Virus record (IMG/VR): IMGVR_UViG_3300045988_045053
Coordinates: 87,161 to 151,160 of that record
DNA from: a virus
Strand: one strand, 5' to 3'
Length of the DNA stretch: 64,000 nucleotides
In this document: in pieces, positions 1-10,181 of the stretch
Numbering within the stretch: position 1 is the stretch's first letter
How the letters are laid out: each line of letters starts with the position of its first letter
Program-made: the position numbers and the translations under genes
Notes under the pieces: model-generated
The model's database searches: none
Seen by the model: only the letters and a program-made list of their open reading frames with translations
What the model was told of the DNA's origin: nothing

Positions 1-306
1 AAATCATTAACAGCTCCCATACATTCTAAGCAGTCATACGTAGGGTCCACATTCCAGCTTTCACCGTCAAAGATAGGCGGGTTGTCATAATACCAACCCT
101 GCCCATCTTTATCTATTGCACATTACTAAGAGTCACAGTTCCCTCAAACTTGTACAATCAGTGTAACTTACTAGGGTTGGAACATCTACAGGCTTTCCTG
201 AATGCTTAAGAAGCCAAATATAACCATTGTGCATTAGGATGCCAATATTTCCAAGCTCGTCTATTACTAGGTCTCCTGCTTTTGGCATTTCTATTCACTT
301 CAACTT

Positions 307-714
307 TCATTCCTTCAAGTCTCCCATTACGTTACGGTTAAGCCTGTCATCAATTCTTTCCTTACAAGCATCAAGATAAGCTTCAAGTGCAGTAACTTGT
401 TTGGCATTTTGCTCACAAGGAAACTTCTCATTCAGCTTCTTCACTCTATCAAGTAGGATAATGGCAAGTTGTTCTGATTGCCACCCTGGAGTTACTGTAC
501 CGTCTTCGTGCTTGTGAACAAACTGAATTGTGTCAGTAGCATCCACATACTTGGTTTTGCCATTAACAAAGCCAGCACACATTTGGGCACGGTAACGATG
601 AGCTCCATTGAATCCATCATCGGGAATTACTTCAATAGTTTCCTTATTACTAGGATACACCTTTAAGTCCTTAACTGGAACATACTTCTTTCTGCTACTA
701 ATAATTTTAGCCAT
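307..714 (-). CDS. hypothetical protein
   Basis: 135-aa ORF in the track; no motif recognised. Confidence 0.4.
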   Translation of the reverse strand: MAKIISSRKKYVPVKDLKVYPSNKETIEVIPDDGFNGAHRYRAQMCAGFVNGKTKYVDATDTIQFVHKHEDGTVTPGWQSEQLAIILLDRVKKLNEKFPCEQNAKQVTALEAYLDACKERIDDRLNRNVMGDLKE

Positions 715-1117
715 AATACTTATTCTTTATAAATGTCCAACAATTCACTAAATTCGTTGATAGTCTCACACAAATGCTCTATGCAATTTATGAGAGCTCC
801 TTTCTCCAGTCCTTCTAGCCATTTAAGTCTAGTTTCTGGAGTGCAATCTTCGAGACAAGTAGGAGTAGGCTTCTCCTCTCCTTCTAACTTATCGAAGATA
901 AATATTCCACTAAGATTTCTGCGTAACCTCATACGTCATTTCAAGCTTTACCGGTTCATTATCCCAAGTAATCTGAGGGACTTCTACATTACTAAACAAC
1001 TTGTCTCTAACAGAATATACTTCTCCCTGACTACCCCATATATTAGTGTAGTCAGCTCTGTAAGGTTCATCTGTATAGAAGTATCCTTCTCCGTCTTGGT
1101 CAACGGCATACCAAAGT

Positions 1118-1708
1118 TCAATTGTCTCCATTCACTTGCTTATTAATTATACATTTAACTTGAGCATAAGATACAGGAGTGTAATTATTATTATCAACTC
1201 CTACATCATACTGGGTTGGAAGTAAATAAGGCAGTCTAGCTGCATCAGCTCCAGCACTATTTGGGCCTGAATGTACATGTCCAAATAGCTGCCATACGGC
1301 ATCCTCTGGTTTACGATATATTCCACCATAACACAGAAACGGATAGTGATTTAAGTATATACTACGATTCTCTACCTGTATCTGCATCTGAGGAACCACT
1401 ACCTCAAATTTACCCATGTAACCTTGTCTTATGTTCTTCCTATCATGGTTTCCCAATATGAGGTAAATCTTGCCTTTTAGACGAGACAAGACATTACTCC
1501 ATACTGCACTACCACCTAGAGCAAAATCTCCCAAATGGAAGACTGTATCATCGTCAGAGACCACATTATTCCAGTTTTCAACTAACATATCATTCATATG
1601 ATTAACGTCTTTAAATGGACGATTGCATAGATTGATAATGTTAGCATGACCAAAATGTGTATCTGACGTAAAGAACGTATGCTCTGGGTCAAATTTAAAA
1701 TCACTCAT
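1118..1708 (-). CDS. calcineurin-like metallophosphoesterase
   Basis: Motifs SDTHFGH, GDF, GNHD, GHVH in the order typical of Mre11/YfcE-type phosphoesterases. Confidence 0.75.
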   Translation of the reverse strand: MSDFKFDPEHTFFTSDTHFGHANIINLCNRPFKDVNHMNDMLVENWNNVVSDDDTVFHLGDFALGGSAVWSNVLSRLKGKIYLILGNHDRKNIRQGYMGKFEVVVPQMQIQVENRSIYLNHYPFLCYGGIYRKPEDAVWQLFGHVHSGPNSAGADAARLPYLLPTQYDVGVDNNNYTPVSYAQVKCIINKQVNGDN

Positions 1709-2031
1709 TATTTACCACAACAATGTTTATATTTCTTGCCACTGCCGCATGGGGCATTACGACCTATCTTCGGATAAGGTCTAACATATGGTTCTCTTCT
1801 TAGGAAGTTAGCAAGATGTTTCCTTAGCAATGCTTCTTCCTCCTTTGACAATTCCTTGTCCATGTCTAGTGTGTCCTGCATTCTGAATGTGATTAGATAC
1901 TTTAAGAATAATATAAATCTGATAACTAAGTGCATCTTGTAGTCTAGGAGTTTCACCTCTTCCTTATGAAGTTCTCGCTTATATCTCCTAGTATCTGTTC
2001 GATACTTGTAGATTCCCTTCTGCATCAACAT
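1708..2031 (-). CDS. SEC-C metal-binding motif protein
   Basis: C-terminus ...RNAPCGSGKKYKHCCGK matches the SecA C-terminal zinc-binding SEC-C motif. Confidence 0.55.
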   Translation of the reverse strand: MLMQKGIYKYRTDTRRYKRELHKEEVKLLDYKMHLVIRFILFLKYLITFRMQDTLDMDKELSKEEEALLRKHLANFLRREPYVRPYPKIGRNAPCGSGKKYKHCCGK

Positions 2032-2458
2032 CTATATAATTATCCAATAGTAATCTATCTCGTAATTCAATTGCAAGTTCTCTTGCCTGCGGATGAGCAT
2101 CATTTGCACATCTCAATTTCAAGAACTCTATCCATTGTTCAACAGTGCCAGTCATTATTAATTCTGTCTTTAGTGCTAAAGGTAGTACATTTCTAGCCTG
2201 TTGAGCAGGCTCGCCCTCTGTCAACAATCCGAAATATGTACTTTCTGCCTCACACATAGCTTGTATCCATGCAGCTTCAGTTCGAGATAATCCTTCAGAT
2301 ATAGTTAAATCATAAGTATGACATAGTTCTATATTATATGAATTACCCTCGAACATATTCTTATACCAGCACGGTATTATACAATTTAATTCCTTACCAA
2401 ACTTAGCCTTAGAGTAATTGCAATACCTAGTACTTTCTTGAGCGAAGCTAAATAGTCT
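1988..2458 (-). CDS. thyX: FAD-dependent thymidylate synthase ThyX, exon 2 (C-terminal part)
   Basis: Begins RLFSFAQESTRY, the second half of the ThyX RHRxxxxxxxS motif, and continues ...ARNVLPLALKTELIMTG...LRC. Exon starts at 2458, right after an intron-terminal G. Confidence 0.8.
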   Translation of the reverse strand, partial: RLFSFAQESTRYCNYSKAKFGKELNCIIPCWYKNMFEGNSYNIELCHTYDLTISEGLSRTEAAWIQAMCEAESTYFGLLTEGEPAQQARNVLPLALKTELIMTGTVEQWIEFLKLRCANDAHPQARELAIELRDRLLLDNYIDVDAEGNLQVSNRY

Positions 2459-3352
2459 CATTTGTTATGTTAATGCTCTTTATCATTAACTCTCCTCGTT
2501 TCCAAGGAGTATCGGACTATATCATCATCCTTTACAGGATGCCCAGCACTCGTGTCAGTACTATATTCTATGTGTAGTATAAGGGACTCGAACCCTTGTA
2601 GTAGCTAACTCTCTTCCAGCATAGTAGTAGGTCTACCTATTAATGTAGTTCGCATACAACTACCTCTTACCACATATAGTTTCAACTGTTAGTCTCTGAA
2701 CCTTCCAACTTTGTTAAAGGTTGGCTTGGCTGCTGATTAGCATGATTTAATACATCTTTACAAAATTGATACAATTCTTCCATTGTCATAGTGTGTTTAC
2801 TCACATTAGCTTGATAAGTAGTCCATTGTACGTTCCCCTCTATATATCCCTTAGATGAGTCTATCCTATCCAAAGATGCCTCATCTATAGAGTTGATGTG
2901 CCTGCCAGTTATTGCACATATATGGTTCTGAGATTCGTACAGATTACTTAGATATTCTAAAGATACTAGGAACTCTATGTTTCTTTTCTCAGCTGAACGT
3001 TGTAATTTAGTAAATCTAGTTAGAGTTAGTTCTCCTACCTTACCATTACGTTCTGCTTGGGCAGCTCCTCTTTCCTTAGCAGCACATTTAGCGCATTTAA
3101 AGTTGCGGTTAGGATTAGTAAGTTCATTAGCCTGAACCCATTTTACAGTGCCACAATCACATTGTACTTCGTATAACTGGCTACCATAATCAGATAATTT
3201 TGGTCCTCCAATTACTGTCCAGCTTTTATATTTGTCTCCAATTTTAATTGAAGCACTCTATCAAATTTTGTTAATAAATATTAAATTTTAGCTTTCCAGC
3301 AATTCACTGGGTTATTGCCCTAATGTTACCATTAGGCGGCACAAAGTAATTT
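2459..3352 (-). other. group I-like intron interrupting thyX (carries an HNH ORF)
   Basis: Exon 1 ends ...GTA AGG CAT with the upstream exon's last base a U. The insertion ends ...CAAATG, a terminal G. Rejoining gives EYVRH|RLFSFAQESTRY, which restores the ThyX RHR motif. The ORF-track stop of exon 1 lies inside the insertion. Confidence 0.55.
2682..3250 (-). CDS. HNH-family homing endonuclease (intron-encoded; start codon unclear)
   Basis: Open frame ...KSWTVIGGPKLSDYGSQLYEVQCDCGTVKWVQANELTNPNRNFKCAKCAAKERG...IDRIDSSKGYIEGNVQWTT. The Cys-pair motif and the GY..GNVQ tail are typical of phage HNH endonucleases. Only the last 63 aa are preceded by an ATG, so a non-ATG start is possible. Confidence 0.6.
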
Positions 3353-3829
3353 ATGCCTTACATACTCATGACTTACACCTCTATCACATATAAATCTTAC
3401 AGTGACACGTTTAACGTGATATTCTGTAGGTTCACACAAGTATTGCAAGTCATCAAGCCAACCATTTTGGAGTAATACTCTATAGTTAGTAGTTATAGCT
3501 ACAAAGCCATCAGGTATACCCGGGACTGGTTGTGCTTGTACAGCTTCCGAGTACTGATTCTCATTATACTTACTCCAAAGTCTGTAAGCAATGGGATTAG
3601 AATCATCATTAGCCTTAAAGTCATATCTAAGATACACAGTACCATGCTCTAGCATAGCAGTATGTCCTCTAGCTATAATGACATTATTAATAAACTTCTT
3701 AGCACTGTCTTCTGTTATCTTGTCTTCAGACTTATAACAAGTCCTTGCACACAGTTCCATGTGTTTGAACAAACCTTCAACACCTGGCTCCTGGTTAATA
3801 AGTTCTACTTTCGGTTTGATTAGGCGCAT
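3353..3829 (-). CDS. thyX: ThyX, exon 1 (N-terminal part)
   Basis: MRLIKPKVELI...RGHTAMLEHGTVYL (ThyX N-terminal signature), ending ...SHEYVRH. Confidence 0.8.
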
Positions 3830-4007
3830 TAAGCTTTAATTCTACTTCTTTAGATTTGCAATGAACATAATCTCTTAGTAGATGATAAGTTTTGGTACTT
3901 ATCTCCATCTTCCAATCGTTAACAAACCTTACAAATTCATCATTGAAGTAAGCAACTGCGTCTAAATTAATTGCAAACCCGTCATCAGCTTCAACGAAAT
4001 AAGCCAT

Positions 4008-4415
4008 TTAATAGAATTTTACTTCTTTAGAACTATATTCATCTTGTTCGGAGACAAAGTCATTATCATTGACTATCTCCTCCTGACAAGTATCTTTCTC
4101 TCTATCCCATATACATACCAGGTCGAGCATACTGTCAAGATGTTTTAAACTGTGGGGTGCTCTGTGATTTTGGTCAAAGTTATCATATACTCTCTTAAAT
4201 ACCTTCATTATATCCCATTCCCGATAACGTTCATCATCAGTATTCATGAGCATATTAAAAGTATATGACGTACCTTGCATATAACCACCCTGGCTCAAGA
4301 ATACAATGTCTTTATTCTTAGAAGCATTAGGTGGTAAACAATCAGTGATTACTAGATATAGTTGTTGATTTCTCATCTGAACAACCATTGTATTCTCTAA
4401 ATCATTCAGAGTCAT
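4008..4415 (-). CDS. hypothetical protein
   Basis: 135-aa ORF. Confidence 0.4.
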   Translation of the reverse strand: MTLNDLENTMVVQMRNQQLYLVITDCLPPNASKNKDIVFLSQGGYMQGTSYTFNMLMNTDDERYREWDIMKVFKRVYDNFDQNHRAPHSLKHLDSMLDLVCIWDREKDTCQEEIVNDNDFVSEQDEYSSKEVKFY

Positions 4416-4911
4416 CGTCCCAGTTCATATAAGGGTTAGACGCGAGGTTATAGTTATAATACTTAGTATCTTCTGTAACCTCTTCTCCTACAAAGTCAGG
4501 CAGAGGAGGATTTAGAGTTGCCTGTGATAACTCACACTCGGCAATTACTAACCCTTCATTCTCTCCTAAGAACTCATCAATTTCCCATTTGTTACCCATG
4601 TGATATACTATGTAGCGTACCTTACGGATAATATTAGGACAGAACTTTAGAAGCTCCTGTGCTTCATACAATGGGATTTCTTGTTGCCATTCAAAACGAC
4701 TAAGGGTTCCCTTAGCTTTAATAAATAGCCAACCATGATTGTCCCTAATAGCTATCCTAGTTTCAGAGAGAGGATTGTCTCCAAGATAACCCTGGACTAT
4801 CAATCCTGCTCTTTGAGCCTGCATTTTATAGCTATTGTTTTTCACTAAATACTTTCTTTCAACTTCAATCATATTAATGTACCCAATGGTCTTCAATTGA
4901 TATATCAGCAC
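4402..4911 (-). CDS. CYTH-domain protein (triphosphate tunnel metalloenzyme / class IV adenylate cyclase-like)
   Basis: IEVERKYLV near the N-terminus and EIDEFLGENEGLVIAECEL, the CYTH signature glutamates. Confidence 0.55.
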   Translation of the reverse strand: MLIYQLKTIGYINMIEVERKYLVKNNSYKMQAQRAGLIVQGYLGDNPLSETRIAIRDNHGWLFIKAKGTLSRFEWQQEIPLYEAQELLKFCPNIIRKVRYIVYHMGNKWEIDEFLGENEGLVIAECELSQATLNPPLPDFVGEEVTEDTKYYNYNLASNPYMNWDDDSE

Positions 4912-7012
4912 CTAAATGAGCACGTACACAAAATGGTTCGCCTCCACTTTCCATACATTTAACTAGTACATTACCTACTTCTTCAGCAATATCATCCGGT
5001 GCTTCAACATTATGTTCATCATGTACGGGAACACAATATTTAACTATAAATAGCAGATTGTTCTTCCTTAGCCAATTGAAGAACTTAATTGCAGACAACT
5101 TGAAACACATAGAACCAGCATGTTGTATCGGATAGTTAATAGATTGCTTCATGGAATCAGATAACCTTCTTCTCAAATGCTGTGAGCTTGTTTTATAATA
5201 ATTGTCCCCATTACGCCCTAGCATATACTTAGCTTCTGGAGACCCAAGTTCACTGTCGATTTTACACAGATTGTCCCAGTCATATATAAATGCCTTATGC
5301 TTAGTAATAGGATTAAGAAGGATATATCCCTTATCAAGGACATCTTCTCTCCTAAACTCCTGATATCTCTTTAGTCCAGAGAAACCAGACATATAGTTAT
5401 TATATACTTCTTGAGCTCTTGCCTTAGTAAGACCGTAATTCTTCATTAAAGTGTTCCAATCTCCACCATAATTAAAACAAAATTCATACCCTTTAGCAGC
5501 ATCTCTAAGAGGTTTGTATTTAGCTTTAACTTCAGATAGTGGAGTATCATCGGGGATGTCTGTAAATACTATTCTGGCAGTTAGACTGTGTAAGTCACCA
5601 CTACCATAGATAAGCTCTTCCAACATCGCCTTATCATTGGCAATAGATGCCATTAAGAAGGATTCCTGCCCTTTATAATCACAACTAATCCATTTATATC
5701 CAGAATCTGCTATAAAACAACTTCTAGTAAATGGATCATGTGGCAAATTCATTAAAGACGGGTTAGTAGCGGATAACCGCCCAGTATCGGCTCCTAATTG
5801 AAAATAGTCTGGATGAATCCTACCACTTACTGGATTAATTTTATCTATGAACTTCTGTCCAAAGGTATCAACTAGAATTTTAGCCTTCTTATATTCTACA
5901 TAAAGAGGAACTATACTACACTTATGTGCTTGTGGCTTTATCAACTTAATATCAGCAGATTTCTTCTTCTGCTTAGTTTTAGCATCAATGGTAGTACAAT
6001 TAAGTCCCAACATTTCAAATAGTGGAACTACTTGTTGACTACTAGACCAGTTAATGTTACACTTAGCTGAAGCGTCAAATCCACTGAATAAATCGCCTTG
6101 TAGATTCTTGGTAACATATGGGAAAGGTTTGTCATATTCATAGTGAATTAATCCGGTTTGCGGATTACAAACTCTCTTTATTTGTCCCATATGAGGACCT
6201 ACTTTGTCAAATAGTTGATTCTCATGCATAATGTCCACTTCCTCTGTGCAGGCTTTAACATAACCTTCAGAAGATTTATGTTCATTATAATAATTTTCAA
6301 CCCATTCGTTAAGCTTAGCTTCTGCTTTATTAACCTCCTCTTTATCTCGAATCATCTTCTGCTTCCATTTTACTGGGTCAAGTTTAGCCCCACAATATTC
6401 CATATAGGCAATTACTGGAGTAAACTTCATTTCAAATTCAGCAGCTTTAGTTAACTCCTTCTTCTCTAGTTCTGCATCTTGCTTCTCCTTAATCTTAGTA
6501 AGATACATAACATCACCGGCAGCATATTGTACCACTGGTATAGTTAATCCTTGAGTGATAATCTGCCCTCGAACAGTTTTATCAATATCTATACCAAGAT
6601 AGTTATCAGCTGCTGCTTTTAAAGAAAGACTATGAAACTGGGGAGGATAGCCAAGATAGAGTAACTTCTCAGCAATCATTCCATCCCATACATTATAAGG
6701 AACTATTTTATGGTGATATAGAAACCTTAAATCAAATGCAATATTCCAACCTAAGAAAGTCTTAGTAGGGTCTTCAAGGACACATTTAAGCTTCTCAATT
6801 GGAATAGTTACATTATCAACGACTATTTGGTCTTCCCCTAAACCATACTGAGTACACAGTAATGGTTTTGTATAGGGGTCTAAACCAGCAGTTTCTGAAT
6901 CATATTCTACCCAACTATGTGGCATAATCATGTCTATAGCATCAGATAGAGATAATTCCTTATAAGCGTCAGTTTCAAATAGTGACCTTTGATTACTGAC
7001 TAGATATATCAT
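4874..7012 (-). CDS. DNA polymerase, family A, with 3'-5' exonuclease domain
   Basis: Exo motifs EYDSETAG, WNIAFDLRFL, YAAGDV. Polymerase motif B RDAAKGYEFCFNYGG and motif C VPVHDEHNVE. Confidence 0.9.
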   Translation of the reverse strand: MIYLVSNQRSLFETDAYKELSLSDAIDMIMPHSWVEYDSETAGLDPYTKPLLCTQYGLGEDQIVVDNVTIPIEKLKCVLEDPTKTFLGWNIAFDLRFLYHHKIVPYNVWDGMIAEKLLYLGYPPQFHSLSLKAAADNYLGIDIDKTVRGQIITQGLTIPVVQYAAGDVMYLTKIKEKQDAELEKKELTKAAEFEMKFTPVIAYMEYCGAKLDPVKWKQKMIRDKEEVNKAEAKLNEWVENYYNEHKSSEGYVKACTEEVDIMHENQLFDKVGPHMGQIKRVCNPQTGLIHYEYDKPFPYVTKNLQGDLFSGFDASAKCNINWSSSQQVVPLFEMLGLNCTTIDAKTKQKKKSADIKLIKPQAHKCSIVPLYVEYKKAKILVDTFGQKFIDKINPVSGRIHPDYFQLGADTGRLSATNPSLMNLPHDPFTRSCFIADSGYKWISCDYKGQESFLMASIANDKAMLEELIYGSGDLHSLTARIVFTDIPDDTPLSEVKAKYKPLRDAAKGYEFCFNYGGDWNTLMKNYGLTKARAQEVYNNYMSGFSGLKRYQEFRREDVLDKGYILLNPITKHKAFIYDWDNLCKIDSELGSPEAKYMLGRNGDNYYKTSSQHLRRRLSDSMKQSINYPIQHAGSMCFKLSAIKFFNWLRKNNLLFIVKYCVPVHDEHNVEAPDDIAEEVGNVLVKCMESGGEPFCVRAHLGADISIEDHWVH

Positions 7013-7293
7013 GAAACCTCAATATCAACAGTACTAATATCAACATCTCCTAAGCTACTAAGTGCGGCTTGTATTCTGCTCTTAATAGCTTCTATGGCTT
7101 CATCTATATCCAAATGTCCGTAATATTCATACCATGCTAATCCCTTAGCATTTATGTCAACTTTGAAGACTTTCTCTTCCACATTATAAGGAGCAAATGG
7201 GTCACGTTCTGCTCCAGCTGGTAAATTACTCATTAATTAATAGCTGTTAGAATTAATAATAAGTAATCTGTCCACAGACCTCGTCACCGAGTC

Positions 7294-7917
7294 TTAATCA
7301 GCTGTATCGAAATACAGCAACGTTGGGTTATCTTTCTGTATATCTATAGAATCCAGATTCCTAATAGCTAGCTGTTGAGCGAACTGATTAGTATCAAACC
7401 CTATCGTTATAAGATGATAACCATGTGCAGTTGGAATTACATGTTTAACTTTGATGTCTTGTGCACCTCTACAACTATTAACAATTTCTATGATTGTGTT
7501 AAGATAGTTCTCGTCCTTACTATCAACATCCACAACCCATAGTGGCTTGTAGCCTCTAGCTCTAGTATGTCCACAAGACGAATCCCAAATGCGATATCCT
7601 TGATAGCAATTACCTTCTTGGATTAGTTTGGCATACTCTTGTATAGCAGTACATGCCACTTCTTCAGCATTACGTCTATTCAAGGTAATGTATGCTCTTG
7701 CATGATTACTCTGGCACAATTCAGTAATTTTAGCTCTTTTGCGCTCTAGCTGTTCCCTACTGAATATATAGTAAGTTTTAACGGTCCTATATCCGTTATT
7801 ACCAGTATCAGTAACACAGCCGTCTTTCTTGCGTTGTATAATTTGCAAGAAATAGAACTCATCTGAATTATTAAATTCCAGAATGTCTAGTATTTGGTCA
7901 AAATTATCTATTACCAT
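7294..7917 (-). CDS. hypothetical protein (weak primase-polymerase-like DxD / H motifs)
   Basis: WVVDVDSKD and PTAHGYHLI resemble AEP motifs I and II, but the match is weak. Confidence 0.3.
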   Translation of the reverse strand: MVIDNFDQILDILEFNNSDEFYFLQIIQRKKDGCVTDTGNNGYRTVKTYYIFSREQLERKRAKITELCQSNHARAYITLNRRNAEEVACTAIQEYAKLIQEGNCYQGYRIWDSSCGHTRARGYKPLWVVDVDSKDENYLNTIIEIVNSCRGAQDIKVKHVIPTAHGYHLITIGFDTNQFAQQLAIRNLDSIDIQKDNPTLLYFDTAD

Positions 7918-8137
7918 TCCTCTCGTCTTTAATTTCGTAATACCTGTCTATGGTAATGAAGAACAGAGCTAAACAGAAACATTCTGCCATTAAAACAGGA
8001 CATGTAAACAGAGCTACAAGCCCAACTATCATTCCTATTAACATCCAAGGTGCTGCCATAGCAAGCAAATTGCGTACAGTAGAATCATCGAAATTACTTC
8101 TTAGCCATTTGTTCATATCGCTTATCCCTTTCTTCAA
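7904..8137 (-). CDS. small membrane protein
   Basis: Two hydrophobic segments (LLAMAAPWMLIGMIVGLVALF, CFCLALFFITI). Confidence 0.4.
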   Translation of the reverse strand: MKKGISDMNKWLRSNFDDSTVRNLLAMAAPWMLIGMIVGLVALFTCPVLMAECFCLALFFITIDRYYEIKDERNGNR

Positions 8138-8568
8138 TTACTGATAATGGTGATACTCCAGGTTCTAAGGTTTCAATAAGTACAAATCCATTCTCTGGTG
8201 TAATCATTGATTCCTTCTCACTTACACTGCCCTTATACTTCTCACCATAATCTCCCTCTACCTTCTTAGTAGCGGGATTGATATCTCCCCAATCTGAATG
8301 TCCTCCGATTGGTTCAACATAGTATTTTCCTACCAGTCACTAATGATTGATATATAAATCTACCAGTGTTCTTTAGAAATCGTTTCTCTAAATCAGTCAT
8401 TTGGAACTACATCTAAATCTGTCAAATAAAATGCATTGTCGTTTAAATCTCTTTGTACGAAGTATCCGTTAACTTCGACAGTTTCTCCTTTAAGAGTATG
8501 TATAGTTACTTCTCTGTCTAGGTCATACTTTTGGAGAATTTCAATCAGTTGTCCTACAAGTATTGCCA

Positions 8569-9363
8569 TTAGAACTTACCCTCATTCGGTTGTAGACAAA
8601 TCAAGCCTTCATTTCTCCACATCTCCACACACTTACAATTGTCTTCAAGTACGAAAGGTATATAGAACTTGCCTTTGATATTGTCCTCATACAGTTTCTT
8701 CTTACATATAGGACCAGCAGTAAAGCTCTCAGCAGGACGCATGAGAAGTATGTCAGGATGCAACCAATTGTTCTCTAACCACTGTTCCGTAGCTTTACGA
8801 ACTTCAGGAGTGTCTTCTCTACCAGTTAGGATTATTAACTTAGCTGGATAGTTATCACAGAAATTTCTAATAAGCTCAATGACAGGAGTAATAGGCTCAT
8901 CAGTAAGCATACCTTCAGCTGCACCTTCTCCATAGAAAGGACGACCACTAGTATTTAAACATACAGTTGCATCCATATCTACTATGATTGCTGCTGGTAG
9001 GTTAGTATCTTGAACTAATGACTTAGCTTTGGCTGCCATAATTTCTTCATGGATTATGAAGTCCTTATAACGCCTCCAAGTTTGCCTAATAACCTTCTCT
9101 CCAATTGGATTAGGTCTCATGGCATCCCGGCGAATACATTCTTCAACAGGAGTCCAAAAGTCCTTATACTCTATATCAACATGTATTCCCTTGTCCTTCT
9201 CTATATTGGCACATAGAGTTCTAATCCATTCATCCTCTTTGGGATTCAGATTCATATTATCAACTACTACATCGTAACCTTTAACCAAAGCAAACGTTAT
9301 CATGTTAGCTTTAGCTTCAGTAACTAGCTTCTCCCTATTAGGAACCCAGTAATCACCTAACAT
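8569..9363 (-). CDS. pnk: polynucleotide 5'-kinase / 3'-phosphatase (Pnk), portion in the main frame
   Basis: HAD phosphatase part (DMDATVCLNTSGRP...LTGREDTPEV) and T4 Pnk-like kinase region. The Walker A region lies upstream in another frame. Confidence 0.75.
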   Translation of the reverse strand: MLGDYWVPNREKLVTEAKANMITFALVKGYDVVVDNMNLNPKEDEWIRTLCANIEKDKGIHVDIEYKDFWTPVEECIRRDAMRPNPIGEKVIRQTWRRYKDFIIHEEIMAAKAKSLVQDTNLPAAIIVDMDATVCLNTSGRPFYGEGAAEGMLTDEPITPVIELIRNFCDNYPAKLIILTGREDTPEVRKATEQWLENNWLHPDILLMRPAESFTAGPICKKKLYEDNIKGKFYIPFVLEDNCKCVEMWRNEGLICLQPNEGKF

Positions 9364-9472
9364 GTTACGAATATCATCATTGTTAAATCTTACTCTGTGC
9401 TCTGGGTCTTCGTGACACCATTGTTTAGCCCAAGTAGACTTTCCCGACCCCTGTCACTGGAGCCCTCTGCAT
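9364..9472 (-). pseudogene. pnk: pnk 5' segment, out of frame with the body (frameshift at C4 run 9448-9451)
   Basis: The ATG at 9472 opens MQRAPVTG and then stops. Frame -1 reads ...GSGKSTWAKQW..., the T4 Pnk P-loop, continuous with the 8569..9363 ORF. Removing one C from the CCCC run restores a ~300-aa Pnk. Confidence 0.6.
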
Positions 9473-9782
9473 ATAATTAGCTTTCGTTGGCAGAGGGCTC
9501 CTTTATCATTAGTTTGTTCCATTTACGTTTCAAATGAAATAAGTTATTATTAGTTATTACATCTTGTAACAACTGTAGTATCTCTCTTCTGCATATCCTG
9601 ATAGTTATAGAACCTTCCCTATTTGATATGTGCTCTGGAATATCAAGCGTCTCCATCTTCTTCATAATAGTCGTTGTCCTCTATTCTAGTAATGGCATCC
9701 TCGACACCTTCTGCCTGAATCTTTACATGCTCTTTAAGTGCCACTCTTGCTATTGATGTTACTACAAACTCAAATGTTTCCA

Positions 9783-10181
9783 TTAATCAATATTACATAA
9801 GACATCACTGAATCCACTATAATCTAAATCAGTTAAAACGTCCCGTATAAACGATATATAATCTCTTGTGCTTTGCAAATCTCGTATATACTCTTTAGTG
9901 GATATTATCTCCTCTATAGATTCGGGATTACCATAACAGAATTTCTCGTATTCTGTACGTCTAGTTTCTGCTTTAGTAATGTCAGCATCAATGTCTTGAA
10001 TTACTGATTCAACATCACTAATAGTGAGTTTAGTATACTTCTCCTCATTACCAGCATATGCTATATTGAGATTGTCAGAGAATCTCTGATATACCTCGTT
10101 AGACCTACTAAATGATTGAAGTAGTAACTTCTCCTCCGGATGTGCCCTAGGCACTAAGTAAAATGATAAATAACTACTCAT
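9783..10181 (-). CDS. hypothetical protein
   Basis: 132-aa ORF. Confidence 0.4.
   Translation of the reverse strand: MSSYLSFYLVPRAHPEEKLLLQSFSRSNEVYQRFSDNLNIAYAGNEEKYTKLTISDVESVIQDIDADITKAETRRTEYEKFCYGNPESIEEIISTKEYIRDLQSTRDYISFIRDVLTDLDYSGFSDVLCNID

Noticed and set aside
478-666. Plus-strand ORFs throughout the window (e.g. 478..666, 733..1146, 6215..6454, 12735..13076, 14509..14844, 44538..44918, 58295..59167)
   Set aside because: All lie entirely inside longer minus-strand genes with recognisable domains. Their translations are low-complexity or hydrophobic shadow frames.
7294-7917. Calling 7294..7917 an archaeo-eukaryotic primase-polymerase
   Set aside because: Only short DxD and H-containing stretches match; this is insufficient for an AEP assignment without HMM support.
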